From NCBI GenBank assembly GCA_963724765.1, contig CAVRVY010000003.1:416001-480000 (forward strand): a DNA stretch of 64,000 nucleotides. Reading direction: 5' to 3'. A model generated the notes under the pieces. That model saw only the letters and a list, made by a program, of their open reading frames with translations, had not been told where the DNA came from and did no database searches. The first letter of the stretch is position 1. Every line of letters starts with the position of its first letter. Of the stretch, positions 19,231 through 28,500 are shown one piece after another. The stretch is from an uncultured delta proteobacterium. GTDB taxonomy: Bacteria; Desulfobacterota; Binatia; Binatales; Binataceae. The position numbers were made by a program, and so were the translations under genes.

Positions 19231-20700
19231 ATGTCGAACGAGGCCGCCCCAGAGGATTTTTTTGCCGCGAGCGAAGCCGCGGTCGCCGATACCAGTCTGC
19301 GCCGCAAGCTCGAGAACGCGACCGGGCGCCATCTCGAACACGTCGCCGCGACCCGCGCCGAGTTCCCCGCCTACGAGGCCGAGCGCGACGCTTCGCGGCG
19401 GATAAAGGAAGACTCGATCGCGCGGCTCGACGACCTGCTGGTCCAGCTCAAGGAGCGCCTGGAGGCCAACGGATGCAGCGTGTTTGTCGCCGCCGACGCA
19501 GCCGAGGCACGCAAGTATATCGTCGACCTCGCCCGTGAGCGCGGCGCGCGCCGCGTGGTCAAGGGCAAGTCGATGGCGACCGAGGAAATCGCGCTCAACC
19601 CGGCGCTGGTGGAAGCCGGATGCGAGGTGGTCGAGACCGATCTCGGCGAGTACATCGTGCAACTGCGCGGCGAGCGCCCCTCGCATATCATCACGCCCGC
19701 GATCCATCTCTCCAAGGAAGACATCGGCCTGCTGTTCAACGAGAAGCTGCACGTCCCCTACACCTCCGAGCCCACGGCGCTCACCGCGGTTGCCCGCGAG
19801 CGCCTGCGCGAAGTGTTTCTGGCCGCCGACATGGGAGTGACCGGCGCCAACTTCGCGATCGCCGAAACCGGCACGCTGGTGCTGGTCGAGAACGAAGGCA
19901 ACGGGCGGATGTCGAGCATGCTGCCCGAGGTTTTCGTCGCCGTGATGGGAATCGAGAAGGTCATCCCGTCGATGGCCGACTTGAGCCATTTTCTCGAGGT
20001 GCTGGCGCGCACGGCGACCGGGCAGAAGCTCACGACCTACACGAATTTCATCAGCGGACCGCGGCGCGCGGGCGAGGCCGACGGTCCGCGCGAAGTGCAC
20101 GTGGTGATGCTCGACAACGGACGCAGCACGATGCTCGCGGACCCGGTGCTACGCGAGGCGCTCTACTGCCTGCGCTGCGGAGCGTGCCTCAACGTCTGCC
20201 CGATATACCGGCGCGTCGGCGGCCACGCCTACGGCTCGACTTATCCGGGGCCGATCGGCTCGATCGTGAGCCCGAGCCTGTTCGGCGGCGCCACCGCCAC
20301 TTTGCCGTTCGCCTCGACGCTGTGCGGCGCGTGCCGCGAAATCTGTCCGGTGAAGATCGACATCCCGCGCATCCTGTTGCACCTGCGCTGGAAGGAAACC
20401 GCCGCCAAGAGCGACGGCACGCTGCCGACGCCCAAATGGCCGCGCGCCGCGCGGCGCGCGCGCGAGGGAGTCGAAATGTTTTCCCGGATGGCGAACCATC
20501 CGATGATCGTCCGCGTGATGGGCCGCATGGCCGCGCTCGCGATGTGGCCGTTTGCGCGCCACGGTTACGTGCGATGGATGCCGCCGCCGTTCGGCAACTG
20601 GACGCGCGTGCGCGACTTTCCAGTGCCGCGTTTCCGCCGCCGGCGCAAGGCCCGCAGCCGGGCGCAGAGCAAAGCCGCAAACAACGGGGCGCAAGCGTAA
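19231..20700 (+). CDS. lutB: Lactate utilisation Fe-S protein LutB/LldF
   Basis: KGKSMATEE, ETDLGEYI, PSHIITPA, ENEGN, CLRCGACLNVCP and STLCGACREICP. Confidence 0.92.
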   Translation: MSNEAAPEDFFAASEAAVADTSLRRKLENATGRHLEHVAATRAEFPAYEAERDASRRIKEDSIARLDDLLVQLKERLEANGCSVFVAADAAEARKYIVDLARERGARRVVKGKSMATEEIALNPALVEAGCEVVETDLGEYIVQLRGERPSHIITPAIHLSKEDIGLLFNEKLHVPYTSEPTALTAVARERLREVFLAADMGVTGANFAIAETGTLVLVENEGNGRMSSMLPEVFVAVMGIEKVIPSMADLSHFLEVLARTATGQKLTTYTNFISGPRRAGEADGPREVHVVMLDNGRSTMLADPVLREALYCLRCGACLNVCPIYRRVGGHAYGSTYPGPIGSIVSPSLFGGATATLPFASTLCGACREICPVKIDIPRILLHLRWKETAAKSDGTLPTPKWPRAARRAREGVEMFSRMANHPMIVRVMGRMAALAMWPFARHGYVRWMPPPFGNWTRVRDFPVPRFRRRRKARSRAQSKAANNGAQA

Positions 20701-20701
20701 A

Positions 20702-21400
20702 GTGGCCGAATTCCACAAGCTCATCGCCAACGTGCGCGACGCGCTGGAACACCCAGCCGCCGAGGCGCACAACGGCGCCGCCGCGTCGGCAGCGACCGTG
20801 CCGACGACCAAAGCGGCGCGCCGGGTGGAACTCGCCTCGCAGTTCGCGCGCGAATTGGAAGCGGTGGGCGGCCACTTTCTCGGCACGGTCATCCCCAAAG
20901 AGACGGTCGCGCGAGTTCTCGGAATTGCCGCGGCGCTCGACGCGCATACGGTGGCCGTCGGCGCGGGCATCCTGACCGACCCCACGCCGATCGTCGACGC
21001 ACTCGAGCTCGCCGGCATCAAAGTCTTCCGCACCGCGGCCGTCGCCGACGACGCGGCGCGTGCCGAATTGCGCGTGAGGCTCGCGCGATGCGATTTCGCG
21101 GTGGTCGAGGCCGACTACGCGATCGCCGCGACCGGCACGCTCGCGATGCTCGCGACGCCCGAGCGCCCCGGTTCGCTCACGCTGCTGCCGCCGGTCAACG
21201 TGATTCTGATCAGCGCCGAGCGAATCCTGCCCGACCTGGCCGCGACGCTGGCCGCGATCGGACCCGCGGCTATCGCGAGCCATCGCCTGGCCCTGGTCAC
21301 CGGCCCCAGCCGCACCGCCGACATCGAAAAGCGCATCGTGCTCGGCGTCCACGGCCCGCGTGAGATTCACGTCGCAGCGGTATGGTACGGCGATGACTGA
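20702..21400 (+). CDS. lutC: Lactate utilisation protein LutC/LldG
   Basis: AIAATGT and GPSRTADIE...GVHGP. GTG start follows the lutB stop. Confidence 0.88.
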   Translation: MAEFHKLIANVRDALEHPAAEAHNGAAASAATVPTTKAARRVELASQFARELEAVGGHFLGTVIPKETVARVLGIAAALDAHTVAVGAGILTDPTPIVDALELAGIKVFRTAAVADDAARAELRVRLARCDFAVVEADYAIAATGTLAMLATPERPGSLTLLPPVNVILISAERILPDLAATLAAIGPAAIASHRLALVTGPSRTADIEKRIVLGVHGPREIHVAAVWYGDD

Positions 21401-22115
21401 AGTACGGCTCTTCGGCACCTGCCTCGCGGAGGAATTTTACCCTTCCGCAGTCGACGCGGCGGCCCAGGTGTTGCGTGGGCTGAAGCTGAAGGTGCGCCCG
21501 CTACGCCGCGCGTTCTGCTGCGGGCAGGCCGCGTTCAACGAGGGGATGCGCGAGCAGGCGACCGAACTCGCGCGCCGTTTCCTTGGCGCATGCGAGCCCG
21601 GCACGCCGCTCGTCGTCCCGTCGGGGTCATGCGCCGCGATGGTCAAAATATTTTACGCTGACCTCTTGGCTGGCGATCCGAAACTCGCCGCTAAGGCCGC
21701 GGCGCTCAGGCCGTGGGTGTACGAATTTTCACAGTTCCTGGTCGGCGTGATGAAGGTGCGCTACCTGGGAGCGCGCTTCGAGCACGCCGTCGCCTACCAT
21801 CCGGGATGCCATCTGCTGCGCGAGATGGGCGTGCGCGATGAGCCGCGCCTGCTGCTGAGCGCGGTTAGCGGAATCCGCTTGTGCGAGCTGCGCAACGTGC
21901 AGGAGTGCTGCGGCTTCGGCGGGATGTTCTCGGTCAAGTTTCCGCACATCTCGGGCGGGATGCTCGCCGACAAGGTTGCGAGCGTGCGCGAGAGCGGCGC
22001 CGATACGGTGGTGGCGAATGACTGCGGATGCCTGATGCAAATCGGCGGCGGGCTCAGCCGCGCCGGAGTCGAGATCGAGACACGCCATCTGGCCGAAGTG
22101 CTGGCGTCAAGGTGA
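21393..22115 (+). CDS. lutA: Lactate utilisation CCG-domain protein LutA/LldE
   Basis: FGTCL, CCGQ, SGSCAAM, HPGCH, ECCGFGG and DCGCLMQI. Confidence 0.9.
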   Translation: MTEVRLFGTCLAEEFYPSAVDAAAQVLRGLKLKVRPLRRAFCCGQAAFNEGMREQATELARRFLGACEPGTPLVVPSGSCAAMVKIFYADLLAGDPKLAAKAAALRPWVYEFSQFLVGVMKVRYLGARFEHAVAYHPGCHLLREMGVRDEPRLLLSAVSGIRLCELRNVQECCGFGGMFSVKFPHISGGMLADKVASVRESGADTVVANDCGCLMQIGGGLSRAGVEIETRHLAEVLASR

Positions 22116-22185
22116 AGTGCTGGCGTCAAGGTGAAGTTCTGGCGTCAAGGTAAAGACCTGGCGTTGAGTTAGTGTCCTGGCCTCC
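22095..22185 (+). repeat. 19-bp tandem array, 4-5 progressively diverging copies, spanning the lutA stop
   Basis: GAAGTGCTGGCGTCAAGGT x2, GAAGTTCTGGCGTCAAGGT, AAAGACCTGGCGTTGAGTT, AGTGTCCTGGCC. Confidence 0.9.
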
Positions 22186-22194
22186 GCCGGACAC

Positions 22195-22351
22195 GGCCGC
22201 TCGCGAGCGGCCCCTACAACAGAAACGACCAGTTCCTTTGATCCCTCGCCCGCATTGTGTGCGGGAGAGGGCACAGAAGAAGAATCGCGCACCGGCATAC
22301 GCGGACGCCAGGAAAACCTTCTGTCTTGTAGGGGCCGTTCGCGAACGGCCC
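22195..22351. repeat. Inverted pair of GTAG-type REP palindromes (REPIN-like)
   Basis: GGCCGCTCGCGAGCGGCCCCTACA at 22195-22218 and TGTAGGGGCCGTTCGCGAACGGCCC at 22327-22351 in opposite orientation. Confidence 0.75.
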
Positions 22352-22437
22352 TTGTTCATTTCCAGCGAGGTCACACGCGCAGGCACACGGCCGGACGCGA
22401 GCGCGCGGCGGCCGAGCCTGCGGCGCAGCGCCGCGCT

Positions 22438-22887
22438 TTAGATGCGATTCCAGTTCTGCTGCGCGAGCACGTAGGCGATTTTCTGCAAGCGCTCGTCCAA
22501 CTGGCGCACCTGGTCGGCAATTCCCGCGCCCTCGTGAGCCGTGCCGCCGCCGTTGCTCGAGCGCGCCTCCAGATCCTCCTCGAGCTTGGCGATTTTGCTG
22601 CTCAGATGCGCAAGCTGCTCGGTCATCCGGGTGAGCTGTGCCAGTTCCTGAGCAAAGCTCTCGACCCGCTGCTCGAGCGCCGCGACCCGGCCCTCAACCG
22701 ATTTGACCGAGGCCCGTTTGGCCCGCGGTTTCTTGGGCGCCGCGCCGTCTTGCGCAGCGCTGGCTTCGGGAGCGTCGTAAGTCTCGGCAGTCCCGCCGCC
22801 GTCGCCGTTACCGTTTTGGCCCTCGCCTTCGCTAACGATCCCTTCACTAACGATCATCGACTCGTGCAGTTCCTTAGTCTCTGCCAT
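22438..22887 (-). CDS. Hypothetical coiled-coil protein downstream of phaC
   Basis: Acidic/Gly N-terminus, KKPRAKR patch and heptad-rich C-terminal half. AAGGGG RBS. Confidence 0.7.
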   Translation of the reverse strand: MAETKELHESMIVSEGIVSEGEGQNGNGDGGGTAETYDAPEASAAQDGAAPKKPRAKRASVKSVEGRVAALEQRVESFAQELAQLTRMTEQLAHLSSKIAKLEEDLEARSSNGGGTAHEGAGIADQVRQLDERLQKIAYVLAQQNWNRI

Positions 22888-22957
22888 CTTACTACTACCC
22901 CTTTCTCAATCCTTCCTGCGTTTCATCGCCAACCAGCCGCGGACTAATTACCGCTGG

Positions 22958-24703
22958 CTATTGTTGCAACACATACCTTCCGGGCGCGGGCTCGAGCGGC
23001 GGAAACCGCAGGCTGCCAAGGCTGGCCGGGGCCTCGTGCTTGTCGCCGGAACGCCTGTCGAGCCATCCGAGCCAGTGGTCCCACCATGAGCCCTTCTGCT
23101 CGGTAGCTTCCTTCATCCACGCGTCAGGATCGTCGCCCAGTCTGGAATTGACGTAGTACTTGGCCTTGAAGTTGGTCGGCGGGCATACCAGGGTCTGGAC
23201 GTGGCCGCTGGAGTTGAGCACGAACTCGGTCCGTCCGCCGAACAAACGCGCCCCGTTGTAAACCGCACGCCAGGCGCAGATATGATCCGTCATGCCGCCG
23301 ACCACGAACATGTCGTAGCCGACCTTGCGCAGATCGATCGGTGTGCCGAGAATCTCGACCGCGCCGGCGCGCGTCAGGCCGTTGCGCAGCAGCAATTCCA
23401 GGAAACCGGCGTGCAGTCGGGCCGGCAGGTTGGTCGAGTCGGCATTCCAGTACAGGATGTCGAACGGCGCCGGATCCTGACCCATCAGGTAGTTGTTCAC
23501 CCAGTAGTTCCAGACCAGGTCGTTAGGCCGCAGCCACGCGAACAGGCGCTCCATCTCCGCGCCGTTGAGCACGCCCTGGCGCCGCGAGCGCTCGATCGCC
23601 GCCGCCACGCCCTCTTCGGTAGTGAACATTCCGGTCATCGACGGCGCGCTCGAATCCAGCATCGTGACGACCAGCGTCGCGGCGTTGACGCGGCGGTCAC
23701 CGAGAGCCGCCAGGTAGCCGAGCATCAGGGTTGAAGTGATTCCGCCGGAGCATACGCCGAGCAGATTGGCCGTGGCGCTGCCGGTTATCTCGCACACCGC
23801 CTCCAACGCTTCCTTGATCGCGCTCACGTATTCGTCGAGGCCCCAAGCGCGATGCTCGGGCTTGGGATTGCGCCAGCTCACGGTGAAAAACGGCACTCCA
23901 TGGGCGACCGCGTACTCGGTCAGGCTGCGCTTGGGCGCCAGGTCCATGATGTAGAACTTGTTGATTTGCGGCGGTACCAGCAGCACGGGCCGTTCATACA
24001 CCTGCCTGGTTGCGGGCGTGTATTGCAGCAGTTCCAGCATCTCCGAGCGAAACACCACCGATCCGGGTGTGACGGCAAGGTTATGTCCGACGACGAACGG
24101 ACGTTTGTCGACCGTCCGCGGCATCCCATGGTTATTCCAAAGGTCGTCAAGGAAGTTGCGCAGCCCGTGCATCAGGCTGGTCCCGCCGGTCTCAAACGCG
24201 CGCTTGAGCGCCGCCGGATTGCTGAGCAGCAGGTTGGTCGGCGCCAGCGCTTCCGTCAGCAGCCGAACCGCAAAGCGCTGCTGCTCGGATTCCTTCCACT
24301 CGCCGTCTGCGCTCTCGGGCACCATCGACTGCAGCGTCGAACGCCAGACAAGGTAAGTCTGCATTATGCGGCGGAAGAAAGGATTGTCGGACCAGGTAGG
24401 GTCGGCGAAACGCTTGTCGCCATCCTCCGGGGTGACCTCGGAAACGCCGGCGGCGATTTTGATCAACTCAACCGCCATTTTGCTCAGTTGGCCGCCGAGG
24501 CCCTCCGGATGCTTGAGGGTCTCGTTGACGAAATTGGTCAGTTGCTCGAGGACCTGGTCTGAATCCAGGCCGACAAAGGGATTCGCGCCTAAAATAGCAT
24601 CGGCCGCCTTGACCGCCTGCTCGGGCGCTTCGGCAAACTCTGTGGATTGCTTCGTGATGGCCCTCACCTCGTCGCCCTCCCTCGACGCGATGCAACAGCC
24701 CAA
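22958..24703 (-). CDS. phaC: Polyhydroxyalkanoate synthase (class II-like lipase box)
   Basis: DKRFADP.W, PPQINKFYIMDL, GVCSGG, LRPNDLVW, DH, SGH and SWW. Real start may be GTG at 24667. Confidence 0.93.
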   Translation of the reverse strand: MGCCIASREGDEVRAITKQSTEFAEAPEQAVKAADAILGANPFVGLDSDQVLEQLTNFVNETLKHPEGLGGQLSKMAVELIKIAAGVSEVTPEDGDKRFADPTWSDNPFFRRIMQTYLVWRSTLQSMVPESADGEWKESEQQRFAVRLLTEALAPTNLLLSNPAALKRAFETGGTSLMHGLRNFLDDLWNNHGMPRTVDKRPFVVGHNLAVTPGSVVFRSEMLELLQYTPATRQVYERPVLLVPPQINKFYIMDLAPKRSLTEYAVAHGVPFFTVSWRNPKPEHRAWGLDEYVSAIKEALEAVCEITGSATANLLGVCSGGITSTLMLGYLAALGDRRVNAATLVVTMLDSSAPSMTGMFTTEEGVAAAIERSRRQGVLNGAEMERLFAWLRPNDLVWNYWVNNYLMGQDPAPFDILYWNADSTNLPARLHAGFLELLLRNGLTRAGAVEILGTPIDLRKVGYDMFVVGGMTDHICAWRAVYNGARLFGGRTEFVLNSSGHVQTLVCPPTNFKAKYYVNSRLGDDPDAWMKEATEQKGSWWDHWLGWLDRRSGDKHEAPASLGSLRFPPLEPAPGRYVLQQ

Positions 24704-24725
24704 TTACAGCCGTAGCAAAGGAGCG

Positions 24726-25757
24726 CTAGCCTAGCAACTCCAAGCCACGTTCAAACAGGCGTGGACCCGACAGGGCTATATCCTCCCAAGTCGGGTCCGG
24801 GCGTTTGCCGCGTCGATGTAACATCAGATTAAAAGCGGTTATAACCCCGAACCGGTAACCCGCGAACGCCCGGAACCATCGCACCTGGTTGATATCGACA
24901 GTTGAAGTCGCGTTCGAGGCATAAAGCCTGGCTACCTCGTCAGGAGAAAGCACGTGCGGCGGCAGCAGGCTAAGGGTTTCCCAGCTCTCAGGGTCTGAGA
25001 ACAAGCAAAGCCATCCGAGATCGATCAACGTCGCGCCTATTTGCGACAATTCCCAATCGATGACCGCGTTGAGGCGCCCAGCGTCGAACAAACAGTTGGA
25101 CCATTGGAAGTCGCCGTGCACGCATCCAACATGCACGCGCTCGGGCGGCGGCAGACTCTGGCGCAGGCGCGCGCGCAAGAGCGGTCCGCGACCGACGACC
25201 TTGGGGTCCAGCGTCGGCCGGTCGAGCAGGTTATCGAGGCGCTTCATTTCATCGGCCAGCGAAAGCGGCTCGCCCCAGGCCTCGCGGCGCGGCTCCCATG
25301 GCACCGCGTGCAGCGCGGCGAGCGCCTTGACCCCCTGCGTGACCATCGCGTGCGTCTCGGCAGCAGTATAGGTGCGTTCGCCCAGGGCGAGTTTGTCGCC
25401 GTTAAGAAAGCCGACCACGAAGAACGGCCGCCCAAACCATCGCGGGTCGCTGTCATACCATTTGACCGGCGGCACCGGCACGGCGGTCCCCGCAAGCGAA
25501 GCCATGATTCGCGCCTGGCGAACGACGTCGGTCGGCCCCGCTATCGGGACGCCCTCGGGCGCGAGGCGGATCACCAGCCGCTCGGTCCGTGGCGTCGCGC
25601 CGGCGCGATAAGTCAGCTCGAAGCTGTAGCTCAATCCCGCATGGCCGGGCAGCGCTGCGGGCTCGCCCACGCCGGCCTCGGGGTCGCCGGTCTTCTCACG
25701 CACCAGGAGCGTGAGCTGGCGCGCGATCTGCGCGATCTGATCAATCTGCGAATCCAT
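24726..25757 (-). CDS. APH/choline-kinase-like phosphotransferase
   Basis: HGDFQWSN and IDWELS motifs. Start placed at MDSQIDQ. Confidence 0.85.
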   Translation of the reverse strand: MDSQIDQIAQIARQLTLLVREKTGDPEAGVGEPAALPGHAGLSYSFELTYRAGATPRTERLVIRLAPEGVPIAGPTDVVRQARIMASLAGTAVPVPPVKWYDSDPRWFGRPFFVVGFLNGDKLALGERTYTAAETHAMVTQGVKALAALHAVPWEPRREAWGEPLSLADEMKRLDNLLDRPTLDPKVVGRGPLLRARLRQSLPPPERVHVGCVHGDFQWSNCLFDAGRLNAVIDWELSQIGATLIDLGWLCLFSDPESWETLSLLPPHVLSPDEVARLYASNATSTVDINQVRWFRAFAGYRFGVITAFNLMLHRRGKRPDPTWEDIALSGPRLFERGLELLG

Positions 25758-25834
25758 AATTGTGCTGATACTGACGCGGCCTCGCGGCCGATCCGCGGGA
25801 GATGGAACCGCGGACCGGCCGCAAACGGGGTTGT

Positions 25835-26485
25835 TCAGCCGCGCATCTTGAGCTTTTCGGAGGCGGGATGCAGGCTCGCGCTTGCGCTCGGGCGGGCTGC
25901 GACGCGCTTGAACCACGCCTGGAGGTTTTTAGCCGAAGCGGGGATCGGCTGGCCCACGCCGGTAGAGAAATCCGTGCAGCAATAGAGAATGATGTCGGCG
26001 ATGGTGAAACGGTCGGGCACGATCCAGTCACGCCCCGAGATCAGACCGTCGAGCCATTCCATCCGCTTCTGTGCGAGCGACTTGAGCGAGGGAGCCGCTT
26101 CGGGAAAAACCGGCATGCGGCTTTTGAACAGATCGAGGCCCTCCGCATAGCGGAACCCGTTGTAGATGTTCTCGGTGATGTTGAGCTCGACGCGGCGCTG
26201 CCACTGATGCGTCTCGGCGCGTTCCTCGGCCGTCGCTCCGATAAGCGCGGGCTTGGGATTTTTCTCTTCGAGGTAATCGAAGATGGCTACCGTCTCGCCG
26301 ATGGTCTTGCCGTTGTCGAGTTCGAGCGCTGGCAGTTGTCCGCCCGGATTGCGGTCGGTATAGGGAGGCCGGCGGTTTTCGGATGCCATGAGATCGACGT
26401 CTTGCGTCGGGATGGTGATGCCCTTTTCGGCGAGGAACATCCTGAGCGCGCGCGGGTTGGGACCGAAGGAGTTGTAAATTTTCAT
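25835..26485 (-). CDS. Glutathione S-transferase family protein
   Basis: MKIYNSFGPNPR, NPGGQLPALEL..G..I.E and FTIADI. AAGGAG RBS. Confidence 0.9.
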   Translation of the reverse strand: MKIYNSFGPNPRALRMFLAEKGITIPTQDVDLMASENRRPPYTDRNPGGQLPALELDNGKTIGETVAIFDYLEEKNPKPALIGATAEERAETHQWQRRVELNITENIYNGFRYAEGLDLFKSRMPVFPEAAPSLKSLAQKRMEWLDGLISGRDWIVPDRFTIADIILYCCTDFSTGVGQPIPASAKNLQAWFKRVAARPSASASLHPASEKLKMRG

Positions 26486-26778
26486 GCTGGTTGTCTCCTT
26501 GAGAATGAAATTTGCCAAATCAAAGTCGACAGCCGGCGAGCGGCGCGCCAAGACGCGCCGCTCACGGGCCAAACCGCCTATATCCAGAGCGCCTGCGGTC
26601 AGGCGTCCCCCGAGCGCCCCTACCCTAGACCATCCCGAGTTTCGAGTACACCGCCGCGAGCGGGGGTGCGGCGGTGCGGGCGGTTGCGCGGACGGGCGCG
26701 GCTGTGATTTTTTCTTGTGTGCCGCAGTGCACAGCACGAAACGCGCTGCCCGGGCGAAGCCGGGCACAACTAACGTAG

Positions 26779-28338
26779 ATGCGATTTTGTCCGCAATGTG
26801 GGACGCCGGTAATGCCCGGCGCGAAGTTCTGCGTCGGCTGCGGGACCTCTGTGACGGCGCCCGCCGCGAACGCGGCGGGCGCCGTCACCGGCCCGGCTGG
26901 CGGCGTCGGCGTCGGCGCGATGCGGACGCCGGCGGCGCCCGCATCCAGCGCCGCGCCCGTGGGGTCGCACTTCACACCGGCGTTTGCCGCGGTTTTCGCC
27001 GCCATCTTCGCGATTGGGCTTGCCGCCGCCGCCTTCATCCTGCGCCAGCAGCCGCAACGCGAGCGCCAAGCCGCCGGCGCTGCCGCACAGACCGGCGCCT
27101 CCGGCAATCTGCCCCCGGGCCATCCGGAAGTGATCAAGATCCCCGACAAGGCGCGCAAATTCATCGACGAGCTTCAGGCCAAGGCCGCCGCCGCGCCCCA
27201 TGACCTCGCCGCTTGGGACCGCTTCGGCGACGCCGCCGAGCGCGCCGCGATGTTCGATCCGTCGTACTACCCGAAAGCCGCGGACGCTTACGCTCACGTG
27301 CTGAAGCTCGACCCCAACGACCTTCCGGCGCTGCGCGGCGTCGGCAATATCGACTACGACCGCCGCCACTACGACGAGGCGATCGCCGCCTACGAGCATT
27401 ACTTGAGCCGCAAGCCTGACGACTCCCGCGTGCGGACCGATTTGGGCACGATGTACCTCTCCAGCGGGAATCCCGACGTGGCGATCGTCCAGTATAAAAA
27501 GGTGGTCGCCGCGCATCCTGATTTCTTCGAGGCCTATTTCAACCTCGGCGTCGCCTATGCCGAGCAGGGGGACAAACCCGTCGCCCGCGGCTACTTCCTC
27601 AAAGCGCGCTCGCTCGCGCCGGACGACAAGGCCCGGGGCGAGATCGATCAGATGCTCGCGACTATCGGCACCCAGGGAGCGGAGGGCGAGTCCGCCGCCG
27701 CCTCCGTCGGCAACGCCACGACTTTCCAGGGCGCGTTCGAACAGATGGCGCGCGGGCTGCCGATCGCGGGGCCGAAGGTCCACGGTGTGCAGTGGACCGG
27801 TGACAGCCACGCGCGACTGCTGATGGACAATTTTCCGATGGACCAGATGCCGCCGTTCGCGACGTCGCGCTTTCTCGGCGATTTGAAATCCGGAACCAGC
27901 GACGCGATGAAGTCCTATCACGTGCAGGGGCCGGTCACGGTTGAAATCGCCGACGCCGCGAGTAATCGCGTGATGCAGTCCGTGACGGTTGCCGCGGCCG
28001 ATACCTTGGCTGCCGGCGCTCCGGCGGCGGCCGCCGCCACTTCAGCCGCATCCGGATCTTCCGGGACTTTCCAGGATGCGGTGGCCGACATGATGCGTAA
28101 TCTGCCGGTGGCGGGGACGAAGGTCGCCGCGGTGCAGTGGCCCTCGACGATGCGGGCCAAGGTGATGATGGACAATTTTCCGATGGACGCGATGCCGCCG
28201 TTTGCGCGCGACAAGTTCATCGCGGACGTCAAGTCCGGCCTTGAGAGCGCCAAGAGCGCGCATAAGGTCGCCGGCACGGTGACGGTCGATATCGCCGACG
28301 CCCAGAGCGGCCGCGTGATGGAATCCGTCAGTCAATAG
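26779..28338 (+). CDS. Zn-ribbon/TM/TPR protein with duplicated C-terminal domain
   Basis: CPQC..CVGC, one TM helix, LPPGHP, TPR repeats and two ~89-aa copies containing MDNFPMDxMPPFA. Confidence 0.8.
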   Translation: MRFCPQCGTPVMPGAKFCVGCGTSVTAPAANAAGAVTGPAGGVGVGAMRTPAAPASSAAPVGSHFTPAFAAVFAAIFAIGLAAAAFILRQQPQRERQAAGAAAQTGASGNLPPGHPEVIKIPDKARKFIDELQAKAAAAPHDLAAWDRFGDAAERAAMFDPSYYPKAADAYAHVLKLDPNDLPALRGVGNIDYDRRHYDEAIAAYEHYLSRKPDDSRVRTDLGTMYLSSGNPDVAIVQYKKVVAAHPDFFEAYFNLGVAYAEQGDKPVARGYFLKARSLAPDDKARGEIDQMLATIGTQGAEGESAAASVGNATTFQGAFEQMARGLPIAGPKVHGVQWTGDSHARLLMDNFPMDQMPPFATSRFLGDLKSGTSDAMKSYHVQGPVTVEIADAASNRVMQSVTVAAADTLAAGAPAAAAATSAASGSSGTFQDAVADMMRNLPVAGTKVAAVQWPSTMRAKVMMDNFPMDAMPPFARDKFIADVKSGLESAKSAHKVAGTVTVDIADAQSGRVMESVSQ

Positions 28339-28500
28339 CAGCTTTCGGGCAGTAGCGGCTTTCGGGCAATGCCAGCCTGTGGGATTGCAATGGCGGTCGA
28401 AACCGAGAACCTGGAAACCGATCTCAATCTGGCTGAGCGGTTTCAGCGGCTCCACGTGCGCAAGCTGCGTAAGCCGCCAACCAAATTTGGAGGTCAACCC

